46,632 nucleotides of DNA, from positions 61,394 to 108,025 of the forward strand of contig CAZYCQ010000005.1 in NCBI GenBank assembly GCA_964645535.1, read 5' to 3'. Positions 1 to 9,784 of this stretch are shown in pieces (the stretch's first letter is position 1; every line of letters begins with the position of its first letter). Source of the stretch: an uncultured archaeon (lineage in GTDB: Archaea > Asgardarchaeota > Heimdallarchaeia > Heimdallarchaeales > Kariarchaeaceae). Under the pieces are notes generated by a model. It made no database searches. It had not been told where the DNA came from and saw nothing but the letters and a program-made list of their open reading frames with translations. The translations under genes were made by a program, and so were the position numbers.

Positions 1-2
1 CA

Positions 3-1790
3 GACGGAAAAGATGGTATTTCTATCTATCTGATCGATCAGACTGGGACTTTGATTCCGCTACGTCGTCTCTCTGGTGATGGCTTCTCCAGTTTTTCTGG
101 TATTGATGTTCAGGAAGAATCCATTATTGTCTTTGATGATTCCATTAGGCAATTGAAAGCTTATGATCGCAATACTTTGGTAGAAATAGGGTCTGTATCT
201 ATAGCTACGGTCACCAACCTAAGGGGTCTTTTAGTAGAGAATGGTCTTGTTTTCGCTTATGGAAACGGGCTTGGTATCTATGACAGCTCTAGCTTAAGTG
301 AACTGTTCCTCAATTCCAGTATCTCTGTCTATGATATTGGTGTGGTTGCTGATGCCACATATTTCTTGACTGATCAGGGCATTCTGATGTATGACCGGAT
401 CTCTTCAACAAATTCATTGCATAGGGTTAACGGTACTCCTACATTCACACAAAGGGATCGTTTTCTAAAAACTCCTTCGAATCTTTTTGTTTTTACCCAA
501 GGTATCGTGTTTAAAATAGTAAATGGAACACTCATGGAAGAGGGATCCTATTCTTTCGAAATCAATCAATTGTTTGCTTATCGGGATTTTAACTATCTAT
601 TGAATTCACAGGGTCTCTTTTTGCTTAACTCTGACTATTCCCTCGAAGAAAAAATGCCTTTATGGGGGGTTGGATTAATCAACGACATTGTTTTCCATAA
701 TGGCTACGCTTATGTGGCACAAGGGATCATGGGCATAAATCGGTTTATCGTTTCCAATTCAGGAACTTTTAGATTTGTGGACTACACTGACCTCCCTTCA
801 AATAACGTCAAATTCGTTGATTTTTCCCCTAATGCTTTTTTCACTGTCTTGGTCTCAGAATACGACCGTATTCGTTTTTTCTTTGGGTTGGATGATGGTG
901 TTTCCGATATGTCGTATCGGTATGAGGTCTTGGATTTAGAGGTGTTCTATCCCTATGTCTTTCTGATCAATTCAACTCACTTGACAATTTTGGAATACCA
1001 AGCGGATTCCTCACTTCATGTCATCTATTCTTCTAACAACTATGCCGGCTTTTCAATCTCTCTTTATGGTAACTTATTGGCAATTGCCAACTCACAGGAC
1101 ATTCTGCTACTTGATGTCTCATCCCCCGAATCTCCGGTCTTGCTAGATAAAGCTAGTCTTTCAAATGTTCAACTTCTGAAACTAATGGACAATGTTTTGT
1201 ATTACGCAACAAACTCTTCAGTCGGCCAGATTACATTGACCCCTTCCCATTCTCTTGAATCGTCTGCAACAACTTCTATACCTGCAATGAATACGATAAA
1301 CGATCTCAACGTTGCTGATGGATTTCTTTTCTTGACTGGTAATCCTTACAGCCTGTTACGGGTGACTCTCCCGATTTCACAACTTTCTCCAATTCCATCG
1401 GTCTCTGATTTTGATTTCGGTGTTTCTCTGTTTCCATTCAATAATGAAAGTATACTTCTTGTAACCATGACTCGAATTTCCTTTATTCATCCACTAACAC
1501 TCAATTCCTTGTCAAATTTTTCTTTGTCTCAAATTTCCTTTGATGCTGCCTACCTCCCATTCGAGGATAATCCTGCAGTTGTTGTCGCGAATGGTGAGGT
1601 GGGTTATTCGATAATTTCCTTTTTATCTCCCCTCAATCCGGATATCTCTCCTTTTCCATTTGTCTCCATGTTGCTATTGGCAGTTCCTCCTCTCCTCCTC
1701 ATATTGGGGGGGTATCACATTTGGAAATACTTTTCGCGGAGGAGACGACATCTGTCCCCTAGTCTGGAAAATGATTATCTTGGTAAATGA
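3..1790 (+). CDS. LVIVD-repeat/beta-propeller surface protein with C-terminal membrane anchor (5'-truncated by window edge)
   Basis: Frame is open from nt 3 (DGKDGISIYLIDQ...). LVIVD-like units (INDIVFHNGYAYVAQGIMGI; ILLLDVSSPESPVLL; VVVANGEVGYSII), then a hydrophobic helix and a basic RRRR tail. Confidence 0.7.
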   Translation, partial: DGKDGISIYLIDQTGTLIPLRRLSGDGFSSFSGIDVQEESIIVFDDSIRQLKAYDRNTLVEIGSVSIATVTNLRGLLVENGLVFAYGNGLGIYDSSSLSELFLNSSISVYDIGVVADATYFLTDQGILMYDRISSTNSLHRVNGTPTFTQRDRFLKTPSNLFVFTQGIVFKIVNGTLMEEGSYSFEINQLFAYRDFNYLLNSQGLFLLNSDYSLEEKMPLWGVGLINDIVFHNGYAYVAQGIMGINRFIVSNSGTFRFVDYTDLPSNNVKFVDFSPNAFFTVLVSEYDRIRFFFGLDDGVSDMSYRYEVLDLEVFYPYVFLINSTHLTILEYQADSSLHVIYSSNNYAGFSISLYGNLLAIANSQDILLLDVSSPESPVLLDKASLSNVQLLKLMDNVLYYATNSSVGQITLTPSHSLESSATTSIPAMNTINDLNVADGFLFLTGNPYSLLRVTLPISQLSPIPSVSDFDFGVSLFPFNNESILLVTMTRISFIHPLTLNSLSNFSLSQISFDAAYLPFEDNPAVVVANGEVGYSIISFLSPLNPDISPFPFVSMLLLAVPPLLLILGGYHIWKYFSRRRRHLSPSLENDYLGK

Positions 1791-1838
1791 CTCCACTACT
1801 TTTTTATCCAAATGATTTATCTTGTCTAGAATCCAACA

Positions 1839-4124
1839 ATGATTCAAATGAAAGAGATTACGGACATGGAACGGGAAGTCATTATTTCCGAACTCAAAAA
1901 TAATCAATACCTTTCCTCTATCGATGCCCAATCTGGTCGGTATCGTGAAATCCCTGAATATCAAATAATTTCATTCATTTTTTCACATGAATCTGTCTCC
2001 ACTGAAGAGATCGAGCAAAACCATCCAGACCTTCCTTCAATCCCTCTGTTGCTTTCAAATTTACAAAATGATGGATTGATCTCTCAATCACCCAATAATT
2101 ACAAATGGGAGATAAGTGATGCTCTTTTGGCGAAGATTGAAAAGATGATGCAAAGTGTTCTCCCATCCCAAGAGGTAGAAACTGTTGATAAAGACGCAGC
2201 AATACAGGAAGTTCGGCGTCGTGAACTCAACCAACTTGCCCAAATTCTTGAAAAAAAAGGTGTGCCTATTGATTGGACACGTGGAAATTTGCTAAACATC
2301 CCTGAAGTTGAGGTTGTCTATAAACTGTGGAAAGCGGGGGAACTATCCACAGACAGGCTTGAACAGGTCATTGTCAGTACAGATTCAATTTCATTGGTTC
2401 TGTCAAATCTCCAAGCTGATCGTCTTATAGAACAAACTTCAAATTACAATTGGAAACTTAATACTGAACTGTTGGATGAATTCAGTAATAAAATTTCTGT
2501 TCTTCCTGAAATGTCCGAACCATCCCCCCCTTCTGAAACTGAACCCATGGTAGAACCTGCCAATCTCTCGCATTTGGCCTCCTTAAGTGATGTAGCAAAA
2601 CTTCTGAAGGTTCTGAAGGAACATCCAAGTTTCAGACATCAACCAGAACAAACCTTAATCCATGATGATTCATTCAAGATTCTTCAAATTATTATGGAAA
2701 ATCAACCGATTTCAACTGAGCAAATCCTCCAGACAATCGGGGATGATGTCCCAATTTCCCTTCTCTTAAGCAACTTGGCTGCTGATGGATTGGTAAGGGC
2801 TGATGAATCTTCTTACAACTGGCACCTGAATGAAGACCTTTCAATCAAACTTCGAAAGATTTCTCTTGAAAAAGATGATCTTGAACGCGTCAAGGAACTT
2901 CTTCAATCGAAAATGAACCGTCCTTCTTCTTCAGTTTCTCCTTCCGATGATCCTGTAAAGATGGGCGAAGCTAGGGATCCGGAAATTGTTGTTTCTGCAA
3001 AAGAGGAATCTTCCCCTGAAATGCTTGGTGATCACTCTTCCCAAATTGATTCTACTCCGACTGAGATGAGTGCGGACGATGAGGATGTCTCTCCTGTAGG
3101 AGACTCCGCTTCTGATAGTCCTTCTGCCACGATTGAAGACGTTGAACCACCCGCGGATGAACCAATTGAGAAAAAGTTAGGCAAGGCTCTTGAGGAATTG
3201 GGTCACTCTCTTCCCCCCGAAAGTGGTGAATTCCATATTCTTCTTCAACTCTTACAACATGGGAGCTTGAGCGGAGACCAAATTGAACATCTTGTTGAAG
3301 TTCCCGTTTCTGTTTCCCTGAGTTTAAGCAACTTGGTTGCAGATGGCTTGGTGGTTGAAGAAAGCTATATGTATGAACTTTCTCCTAAATTGACTGCATT
3401 CCTTGCTACTCCTCCTGCCGAAGAGATATCTCCTGAACCAGAACCGGAAACACCTCCGGAATCGGAACCTGTCAAGACCGTGGATGAAGAGGAACTTGCT
3501 TTTCAGAACGCCCTAAAGAAACTTGGTTATATTAGGGATGGTGAACCCTTGGAAGAAAATATCAATTATTCGATCATAAAAACCATCAAAGATCATCCGT
3601 TAATTGACCAACAAGGCATTAAGCAACGTAATCCCTCAATTTCTCCAGTTCTGGTCACTCGTACATTAACTCAATTGGAAATTGACGGAGTTATTGAACA
3701 AAAAACTGAGGACAGCTGGCAATTGACCCAAAAAATCAGCAGCATTCTGAATGAGGATGAGAGAAAGGTCAAGGAAATGGCAGAAGAAGAAAGGAGAAGG
3801 AAAGAACGGATTGAAAGGGAACAGAAATTCTCTGAAAATAGAGAACGCCTCAAAAAAATTTACCGATCCTTGATCTCCGATGGATTGCTTCCCCCGAATG
3901 AATCGTTTCATCCCGAAAATCTAATGCAATACCCTCCATATGAAATTTTAGTAAATATGAACTTGTTTGGGCTTTATTCCATCAATGAGTTGAAAGGGAA
4001 GGTAATGTCTGCATCCCCTGTGATCATTTCCCGAACAATTATTCAATTGCTAGAACGGGGGTACCTGATCGAGGAAAGTCAAGACACTTTCTCCCTAACC
4101 GAAAAAGGCAAAGGAGAACGGTAG
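1839..4124 (+). CDS. Hypothetical protein with six tandem winged-helix-like repeats and acidic/Pro-rich linkers
   Basis: Six copies of the pattern I-x3-I...S(T)xxI...(I/V)sLxLsNLxxDGL(I/V)...(W/Y/F)xL; 761 aa. Confidence 0.75.
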   Translation: MIQMKEITDMEREVIISELKNNQYLSSIDAQSGRYREIPEYQIISFIFSHESVSTEEIEQNHPDLPSIPLLLSNLQNDGLISQSPNNYKWEISDALLAKIEKMMQSVLPSQEVETVDKDAAIQEVRRRELNQLAQILEKKGVPIDWTRGNLLNIPEVEVVYKLWKAGELSTDRLEQVIVSTDSISLVLSNLQADRLIEQTSNYNWKLNTELLDEFSNKISVLPEMSEPSPPSETEPMVEPANLSHLASLSDVAKLLKVLKEHPSFRHQPEQTLIHDDSFKILQIIMENQPISTEQILQTIGDDVPISLLLSNLAADGLVRADESSYNWHLNEDLSIKLRKISLEKDDLERVKELLQSKMNRPSSSVSPSDDPVKMGEARDPEIVVSAKEESSPEMLGDHSSQIDSTPTEMSADDEDVSPVGDSASDSPSATIEDVEPPADEPIEKKLGKALEELGHSLPPESGEFHILLQLLQHGSLSGDQIEHLVEVPVSVSLSLSNLVADGLVVEESYMYELSPKLTAFLATPPAEEISPEPEPETPPESEPVKTVDEEELAFQNALKKLGYIRDGEPLEENINYSIIKTIKDHPLIDQQGIKQRNPSISPVLVTRTLTQLEIDGVIEQKTEDSWQLTQKISSILNEDERKVKEMAEEERRRKERIEREQKFSENRERLKKIYRSLISDGLLPPNESFHPENLMQYPPYEILVNMNLFGLYSINELKGKVMSASPVIISRTIIQLLERGYLIEESQDTFSLTEKGKGER

Positions 4125-4222
4125 GTCCGCAATTGGAATTTTTTCACTGTTCCTTTTTCTCAAAATAACAAACCTCATTGCAAAAAGTTATATTTTCTTC
4201 AACTCAAAACAATCCAATACAT

Positions 4223-5431
4223 ATGAAGTTGAAACCAGTTACTTGGCTAATCTTGGCTGCAATGTATGAGAACCCTGATCGAACTACCGAAGAAATTTTG
4301 AATGAAATCAGAAAGGTTACTGATAGGCGGTATTCTCTAGCTACTGTCTCTCGTCATATTCAAAAGCTGAAGGAGGAAAAGGTCGTTACTGTTGCCCAAG
4401 CCAATATTGACCTCCAAAAGCTGGGTCTTGACCTTCATTTCTTTTTGCTTATCCCTGATGACCGAAATAAGGAAGAGAATATCAAGCTTATTGAACTCTT
4501 TTGTGATGCCCATCCATATACCATCTACCGAAACATGGTCTTCGGGGATGTCAATGGAATGTTGGCCATGTTTATCCTTCCCTCGGATCATGACAGCCTT
4601 CGATATTTGGTTCACGCATTCGATATTCTCAAAAATGAATATAGAATCATCTCAGACTATGAAATATTCGTCGAAGCAAAGAAATTGGATTCCAGACGCG
4701 GCAATATGGCAAAATGGAATATCAAGAAAAACAAATGGGACTTCGATCTCTCTCAATTGGAAGAGATATTCAATCAAGCAGTCATCAAGACTCCTTTGAG
4801 AGAATTGCCCCAATCCATACTCCATAAACTGAACTATTATGATATCATTCTTATTCGGGAGTTGACTCGGAATACTCTCCGAACTCAAAAGGAAATCATT
4901 CAAGACATGCTCACAAAATATGCTCATGAATACGATCAAGAACGCCATATCATCGAAAGATCCCAGCAGACAATTTCAAGACACTTCCGATTATTAAAAG
5001 AATGGGGTGTCTATAAAGGCAGCGAACTTTCTGTCAATCCTGAGTACTTTGACTTGTTTATTCAAGCTATGTATATCATCAAATATGAAACATTGGAAGT
5101 CAGCCAACTCCTGAAGGCAATTGATGATGCAGCCATTCCATTCCCCAACATCCTATATCAAAGCGAGGACAAAATTTTCTTATGGGTACAACTCCCTCCA
5201 AAAGATTTTGCTGAATTGACTCGATTCTTTTATGAAAAGTTCACCCAAATCCGCGTACTCATCATGGGCGGAACTGCAATGCGATATTATCTTTGGCATC
5301 GAAATTATGACACGGTCACAAAATCATGGAAATCATCGATTGACTGGATTGCCACTATGCCCCTAAAAGAATTGCAAAAGACTAATCTTTTCCCTGTTGA
5401 ACTCTCAACCACTCTTTCTAAAGAATACTGA
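4223..5431 (+). CDS. Large AsnC/Lrp-like winged-helix transcriptional regulator (two HTH-containing halves)
   Basis: N-terminal HTH (SLATVSRHIQKLKEEKVV), second HTH (SQQTISRHFRLLKEWGV), HPYT motif. ATG at 4223 lies downstream of an AAAAAGTTATAT BRE/TATA-like element. Paralog of 34671-35825. Confidence 0.75.
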   Translation: MKLKPVTWLILAAMYENPDRTTEEILNEIRKVTDRRYSLATVSRHIQKLKEEKVVTVAQANIDLQKLGLDLHFFLLIPDDRNKEENIKLIELFCDAHPYTIYRNMVFGDVNGMLAMFILPSDHDSLRYLVHAFDILKNEYRIISDYEIFVEAKKLDSRRGNMAKWNIKKNKWDFDLSQLEEIFNQAVIKTPLRELPQSILHKLNYYDIILIRELTRNTLRTQKEIIQDMLTKYAHEYDQERHIIERSQQTISRHFRLLKEWGVYKGSELSVNPEYFDLFIQAMYIIKYETLEVSQLLKAIDDAAIPFPNILYQSEDKIFLWVQLPPKDFAELTRFFYEKFTQIRVLIMGGTAMRYYLWHRNYDTVTKSWKSSIDWIATMPLKELQKTNLFPVELSTTLSKEY

Positions 5432-5873
5432 CCAATAATTGGGGTGGGTTGTTGTTGACTCCTCCTGGTGGATCAAAAGTATAGCTGTGCATTGTTGCAT
5501 AATCATCAACTTGGGCAAAAGCTGCTGCATGAATTGTATACCAACCTGATTCAATTGCAGAATCCAAAAATGTCAATTTCATGACAAAATAGGATTCATA
5601 CACACGCAAATTGACAACATACCAAAGTTCTGTCCCACTAGGGAGCGTTAATCCTACATACACCTCCAAGCTCATCCCATAATATCCCCAAAAAATATCT
5701 ACACTAACATATGCAATAACGTCATCACTATATCCGTCCAAATCGGAATCAGTGTAATATCCATCAAGAACTGTTGTTGTCGCACTGAAGTTTGCGGATG
5801 CCGTAATGCTGTTCTGTAGAACAATGAAGGTGAATGCCACAAAAATGAGTGATCTGATTTTTTTGTGCATCAT
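5418..5873 (-). CDS. Small secreted protein with DxDxDG acidic loop and FDPPGG motif
   Basis: Signal-like N-terminus MMHKKIRSLIFVAFTFIVLQ; motifs YYTDSDLDGYSDDV, LPSG, GWY, FDPPGG; paralog of 35837-36319. Confidence 0.75.
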   Translation of the reverse strand: MMHKKIRSLIFVAFTFIVLQNSITASANFSATTTVLDGYYTDSDLDGYSDDVIAYVSVDIFWGYYGMSLEVYVGLTLPSGTELWYVVNLRVYESYFVMKLTFLDSAIESGWYTIHAAAFAQVDDYATMHSYTFDPPGGVNNNPPQLLVSIL

Positions 5874-6116
5874 TTCGTACCTGCCGTCCATTATTCGTTC
5901 TGCTAACTTCCGCTGTTCCTAAATCTATTTGTATCTTTCTCTTCCCATTTTCTACCAATAATTCGCTGTAATGGCTCAGAGATGCAACTTGTGTAGGTGT
6001 AGTGAAATATTTTCGGATTTCGGCAAACCTTTTATGATTGCCGCTGGAAATCGATAGGTAATGACAGGAACCCTTATTTTCAATCAGGCTGATTCTTATT
6101 TGGAAGTGGAAACAAT

Positions 6117-6455
6117 ATGGCAAGAAAAAAGAAGTCAAGGCAAAGTGATGACGGTCAAGTGATTCGGGTTCGCCTTCCCGATCCCGAAAAAGGTGAGGTT
6201 TTAGGCCAAATAATTCAATTGTTGGGCGGAAATCTTCTATTGGTTCGGTGTGTGGATGGTCATGTTCGTAAAGTTCGGATTCCTGGAAAATACCGAAAAC
6301 GGATGTGGTCGCGAACAGGAGACGTTGTTTTGGTGATTCCCGAATATGGATTGCATCCCGAAGAGAAAGGAATCTTGGAGCACAAATATTCCGCCAACCA
6401 AGCAAAGTTTCTTTATGAACAGGGACTTATCCCTGAAGAATATATCTCAATTTAA
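6117..6455 (+). CDS. eif1a: Translation initiation factor aIF-1A
   Basis: RVRLP...GEVLGQIIQLLGGN...VRCVDGHVRKVRIPGKYRKRMWSRTGDVVLV is the aIF-1A OB-fold signature. Confidence 0.95.
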   Translation: MARKKKSRQSDDGQVIRVRLPDPEKGEVLGQIIQLLGGNLLLVRCVDGHVRKVRIPGKYRKRMWSRTGDVVLVIPEYGLHPEEKGILEHKYSANQAKFLYEQGLIPEEYISI

Positions 6456-6513
6456 CTTTTTGACTACTCTCCCGAAAGGGATTCTTAAAAAATGCTGAAA
6501 CCACATTGTAAAT

Positions 6514-7644
6514 GTGAGTGTTGCAATTGAAGTTGTCCAGATTGTGGCACTGTCTGGACTTTTCACATTATTGACTATTGTATTTTATTACAGAAAGGAC
6601 AAATATGAGCCTGAACCTTTTACTCGGATTATTCTTGCTTTTTTTCTTGGTGTACTTTCTGTCATCCCTGCATTGATTGGTGAACTCCTCATTGCCCTAA
6701 TCGGAGGTGCACTTACCTTTGGATTGCTTGCCTCAGAGCCAATATTGGCGATCTTCATAGCCCCTCCTGTAGAAGAACTTTCAAAGGCAATGATGGTTAT
6801 TTACCTCTCTCGACATCGTGATTTCGATGGCCCTCTTGATGGGTTGATATATGGTGCAATGGTTGGCTCTGGTTTTGCCATGGCTGAAAACGTGGTCTAT
6901 GGCTTGGGTGCATTTTATGAACTTAATCTCAATGCTGCATTGGGGCTGACCTTACTTCGAGGAATTACCCAAATCTTGGGTCATCCATTATACACTGGTC
7001 TCATCGGGATTGGTATTGGAGGATACAAGGTCGGTCTTTACCGATCGAAATACCAAAAACTAAACCAAGGAATTGGTTTGCACATGCTCTGGAATTTTGC
7101 AGCCACCATCAGTGGCATCACCCCTGTGGGATATTTGGCTTTAATTGGAATAATGGTTTATGGAATCATCATTCTCCGAAAGGAATTGCGATTTGTCACA
7201 GAACTCGACAGAATGGCCTATGAAAATGGATATTATCGGTTTAAGAAAACTTTTCCGCCCCATGCAACTTCTGTACCAGTTCAAATCAGTTCTCCTCAAC
7301 CAGTTATTTCTTCTCCAATGGTTCCTCCAACTCCACCTCCCAACTCTCAATATATTACATGCCCCAACTGCAATAATGTATTTCAGGCTACTGCAAAATA
7401 TTGCCCATTTTGTGGAATCCAGAACCCACAATGGGTCTCTCCCACAGCTGCCGTCAATATCGGTGTTTGTGCAGTTTGTAATGGCCCTCTCTTTCCTGGT
7501 GACACCGTTTGTCGAAGATGTGGCAGCGTGACTGCTGTTTCTACCCCTTCCAAGGTTCCTGTTACACCAATCTGCGGTAATTGCGGAAGTGAAAATTATC
7601 CCGATGCAAAATTCTGCCGGTTCTGTGGAACCCCACTTCGGTGA
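6514..7644 (+). CDS. PrsW-family intramembrane protease with C-terminal zinc ribbons
   Basis: DKYEPEP, PPVEELSK (EExxK), GFAMAEN and HMLWN motifs; Pro-rich linker; six CxxC motifs. Confidence 0.9.
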   Translation: MSVAIEVVQIVALSGLFTLLTIVFYYRKDKYEPEPFTRIILAFFLGVLSVIPALIGELLIALIGGALTFGLLASEPILAIFIAPPVEELSKAMMVIYLSRHRDFDGPLDGLIYGAMVGSGFAMAENVVYGLGAFYELNLNAALGLTLLRGITQILGHPLYTGLIGIGIGGYKVGLYRSKYQKLNQGIGLHMLWNFAATISGITPVGYLALIGIMVYGIIILRKELRFVTELDRMAYENGYYRFKKTFPPHATSVPVQISSPQPVISSPMVPPTPPPNSQYITCPNCNNVFQATAKYCPFCGIQNPQWVSPTAAVNIGVCAVCNGPLFPGDTVCRRCGSVTAVSTPSKVPVTPICGNCGSENYPDAKFCRFCGTPLR

Positions 7645-8069
7645 TGACCATGCTTGAGTATCGTTTTTCCCCTCGTTTTTCTGATTTGGATTCATATGGG
7701 CATGTAAACAATGCCGTTTATGCAACATATTTTGAAATGCTTCGAACCCAATGGCTAAAACATGAGGAGTGGAAAGAAGTTTTGGATGAACATGGTACTG
7801 TCGGTTTCGTTATCGTTCATCTTGAGATTGATTTTCTTTCACCTATCTTTTTTGACAATGAAATTCTTGGAAAGATCTACGTCTCCCGAATCGGTGGGAA
7901 ATCTTGGGATTTTTCATATGAACTCATCAACCCCGCCGATGGCTCTCGCTATGCTACTGGTCTAACTACCCAAGTTCTTATTGACCGAAGGGAAGGTCGA
8001 TCTATCCGCCTCCCTCAAGAGACTATTGACTCACTCCAAAAATATCATCTGACCCCTCCTGCAAACTGA
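7641..8069 (+). CDS. Acyl-CoA thioesterase (4HBT/YbgC hot-dog fold)
   Basis: RFSDLDSYGHVNNAVYATYFE motif. Confidence 0.9.
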   Translation: MMTMLEYRFSPRFSDLDSYGHVNNAVYATYFEMLRTQWLKHEEWKEVLDEHGTVGFVIVHLEIDFLSPIFFDNEILGKIYVSRIGGKSWDFSYELINPADGSRYATGLTTQVLIDRREGRSIRLPQETIDSLQKYHLTPPAN

Positions 8070-8148
8070 TGGCTTAATTTTCTTCTTAGATTCTTTCCCG
8101 TCCTTTTTCTCTGATAGTTATCCTAAAATACTCCTCGGAGATTTCTCA

Positions 8149-9291
8149 TTGATGGTCACTTTCTTTGCGATTGGATATTATTTCGCACATCTGTCCGGAA
8201 TATTCGGTGGTTGCGTTCTTGCCTTGGTCAATCATCGAAAAGAACGACAGACACACATCCAATTCCTCCATCTTATGACAATGGTCATTGTCAATTACGT
8301 CATGGTGAATATCTTACTTTTACTTCCTAATTTTATGCAGATGGACAATTCTACAGTCATGATCGTCGGATCATTCACCATTGTCCTTATGGCCTCAAAC
8401 ATTGGATTTCTTATTTTCTTCTTTGAGATATTCAGTGGTGATGTAAAGGTATGGAGATTATCGCATGGTGTCATTTCCATTACTGGTGTCTTTACGCTTA
8501 TGCTTGCTTCTTATTTTTTCGGGGATTTTTCTCTTATGCATACTCCTGTTGTCAGGGAGGGCGTTCTCATCTTCCTTTGGTCTCCTTTCTCCTATCTGTT
8601 CATGGTTCCTCAGATCACATTGTTGGCCACCTGGACTCTTCGAGAGCTTAGAACTTCCATCAAGGAAACCAAAAGCTATCGCCACCGAAACCAACTTAAA
8701 CTCATGGCAAGAGGTGTTGCGACCGCTTTTCTTGTAGGTCCCCTCCTTTCCTTCATGGGAGATGCCATCTCCCTTTATTTTAGCGCTGAAGTGGGCTTAT
8801 GGATCTCTGAATTTGCCGGTTTTCTTTTTATGTCCCTAGGCATTGCCTTCATTCTTCTTTCATATGCCTTGGACAACAGCTTACTCTTTCTCCAACCGAA
8901 TAAGGTGGAACGTTTGTTGGTCATACATGAATCGGGAATGCCTCTCTTCGATTATGAATTCAAAGCTTTCCAAAATGATGATGTCAATGAAATGATGCTC
9001 AGTGGGCTGATTTTGGCAATCAAAACCGTGGCCTCTGAAGTTCTAGGAAAGAATGGTATCCTTGAAGAAATCAAATTTCGGGGCATGGAAATCCTTCTCC
9101 TAGTCCATGAAGAAATTATCTTCATGTTAATTGCACAAAAACGATCTTCCTTCCTGAGATCCGCTCTCAGAAAATTCAGCCAAGCATTTATTGCAGAATT
9201 CGGAAATACCTTGACTTCCTATGAAATTGATCAGAAAAAATATACTGTTATCTCATGGGAACTTGAGAAAAACTTTGGTCTTATTAGCTAA
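8149..9291 (+). CDS. Multi-pass membrane protein with C-terminal longin-like domain
   Basis: About 7 hydrophobic segments, then LLVIHESGMPLFDYEF...MLSGLILAIKTVASEV...LEEIKF...LRSALRKFSQAFIAEF, a longin-like beta-beta-alpha-beta-beta-beta-alpha-alpha pattern. Confidence 0.65.
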   Translation: MMVTFFAIGYYFAHLSGIFGGCVLALVNHRKERQTHIQFLHLMTMVIVNYVMVNILLLLPNFMQMDNSTVMIVGSFTIVLMASNIGFLIFFFEIFSGDVKVWRLSHGVISITGVFTLMLASYFFGDFSLMHTPVVREGVLIFLWSPFSYLFMVPQITLLATWTLRELRTSIKETKSYRHRNQLKLMARGVATAFLVGPLLSFMGDAISLYFSAEVGLWISEFAGFLFMSLGIAFILLSYALDNSLLFLQPNKVERLLVIHESGMPLFDYEFKAFQNDDVNEMMLSGLILAIKTVASEVLGKNGILEEIKFRGMEILLLVHEEIIFMLIAQKRSSFLRSALRKFSQAFIAEFGNTLTSYEIDQKKYTVISWELEKNFGLIS

Positions 9292-9343
9292 TCTTCCAAT
9301 CCTGACAGGAAAGATTAATTTTTATTCTTTAGATTTTCTATTG

Positions 9344-9784
9344 ATGGCTCTTAATCCCTTTCTTACTATCATCCTGATCATAGCAATAGCCTTTCTTGTC
9401 TCCTTTTTTGGCACTTATCTTGTTCTTTCCTACTGGTCTCGTGAAAAGGCTGAGGATTCCTCGCCCCCATCCCCAAAAAAAGTCTCCAAAAAAGTTAAAT
9501 CTCTTCTACAAAGAAATCTCGCTGATGAACTGCTCAAATCCGTTCCTCTAGATCAGCTTGACCCATCATCAATTGTTGAACTACAGGAGAAATTAAACAA
9601 TGGGTTGATGCAGGCAAGAAAGTCAACTTCCAGTCCTGATCGTTTGTTGGATGCACTGCAAATCATGAGAAATGAGGTTGAGCATTGGGTGATTCAACAG
9701 GGTTCCACGAATTTCGATATTTCCAGACAAGTTTATGATTTTTTCTTTGCTTGGTATCGTGAAATTGAACGTGAACTTTATTGA
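9344..9784 (+). CDS. Hypothetical single-pass membrane protein
   Basis: ATG at 9344 (MALNPFLTIILIIAIAF...), N-terminal TM and helical soluble domain. Confidence 0.6.
   Translation: MALNPFLTIILIIAIAFLVSFFGTYLVLSYWSREKAEDSSPPSPKKVSKKVKSLLQRNLADELLKSVPLDQLDPSSIVELQEKLNNGLMQARKSTSSPDRLLDALQIMRNEVEHWVIQQGSTNFDISRQVYDFFFAWYREIERELY

Noticed and set aside
5764-6405. 213-aa minus-strand ORF and other long antisense ORFs (e.g. 7141-7728, 23995-24537, 24595-25185)
   Set aside because: These are shadow frames of well-supported genes on the opposite strand, with no motifs of their own.
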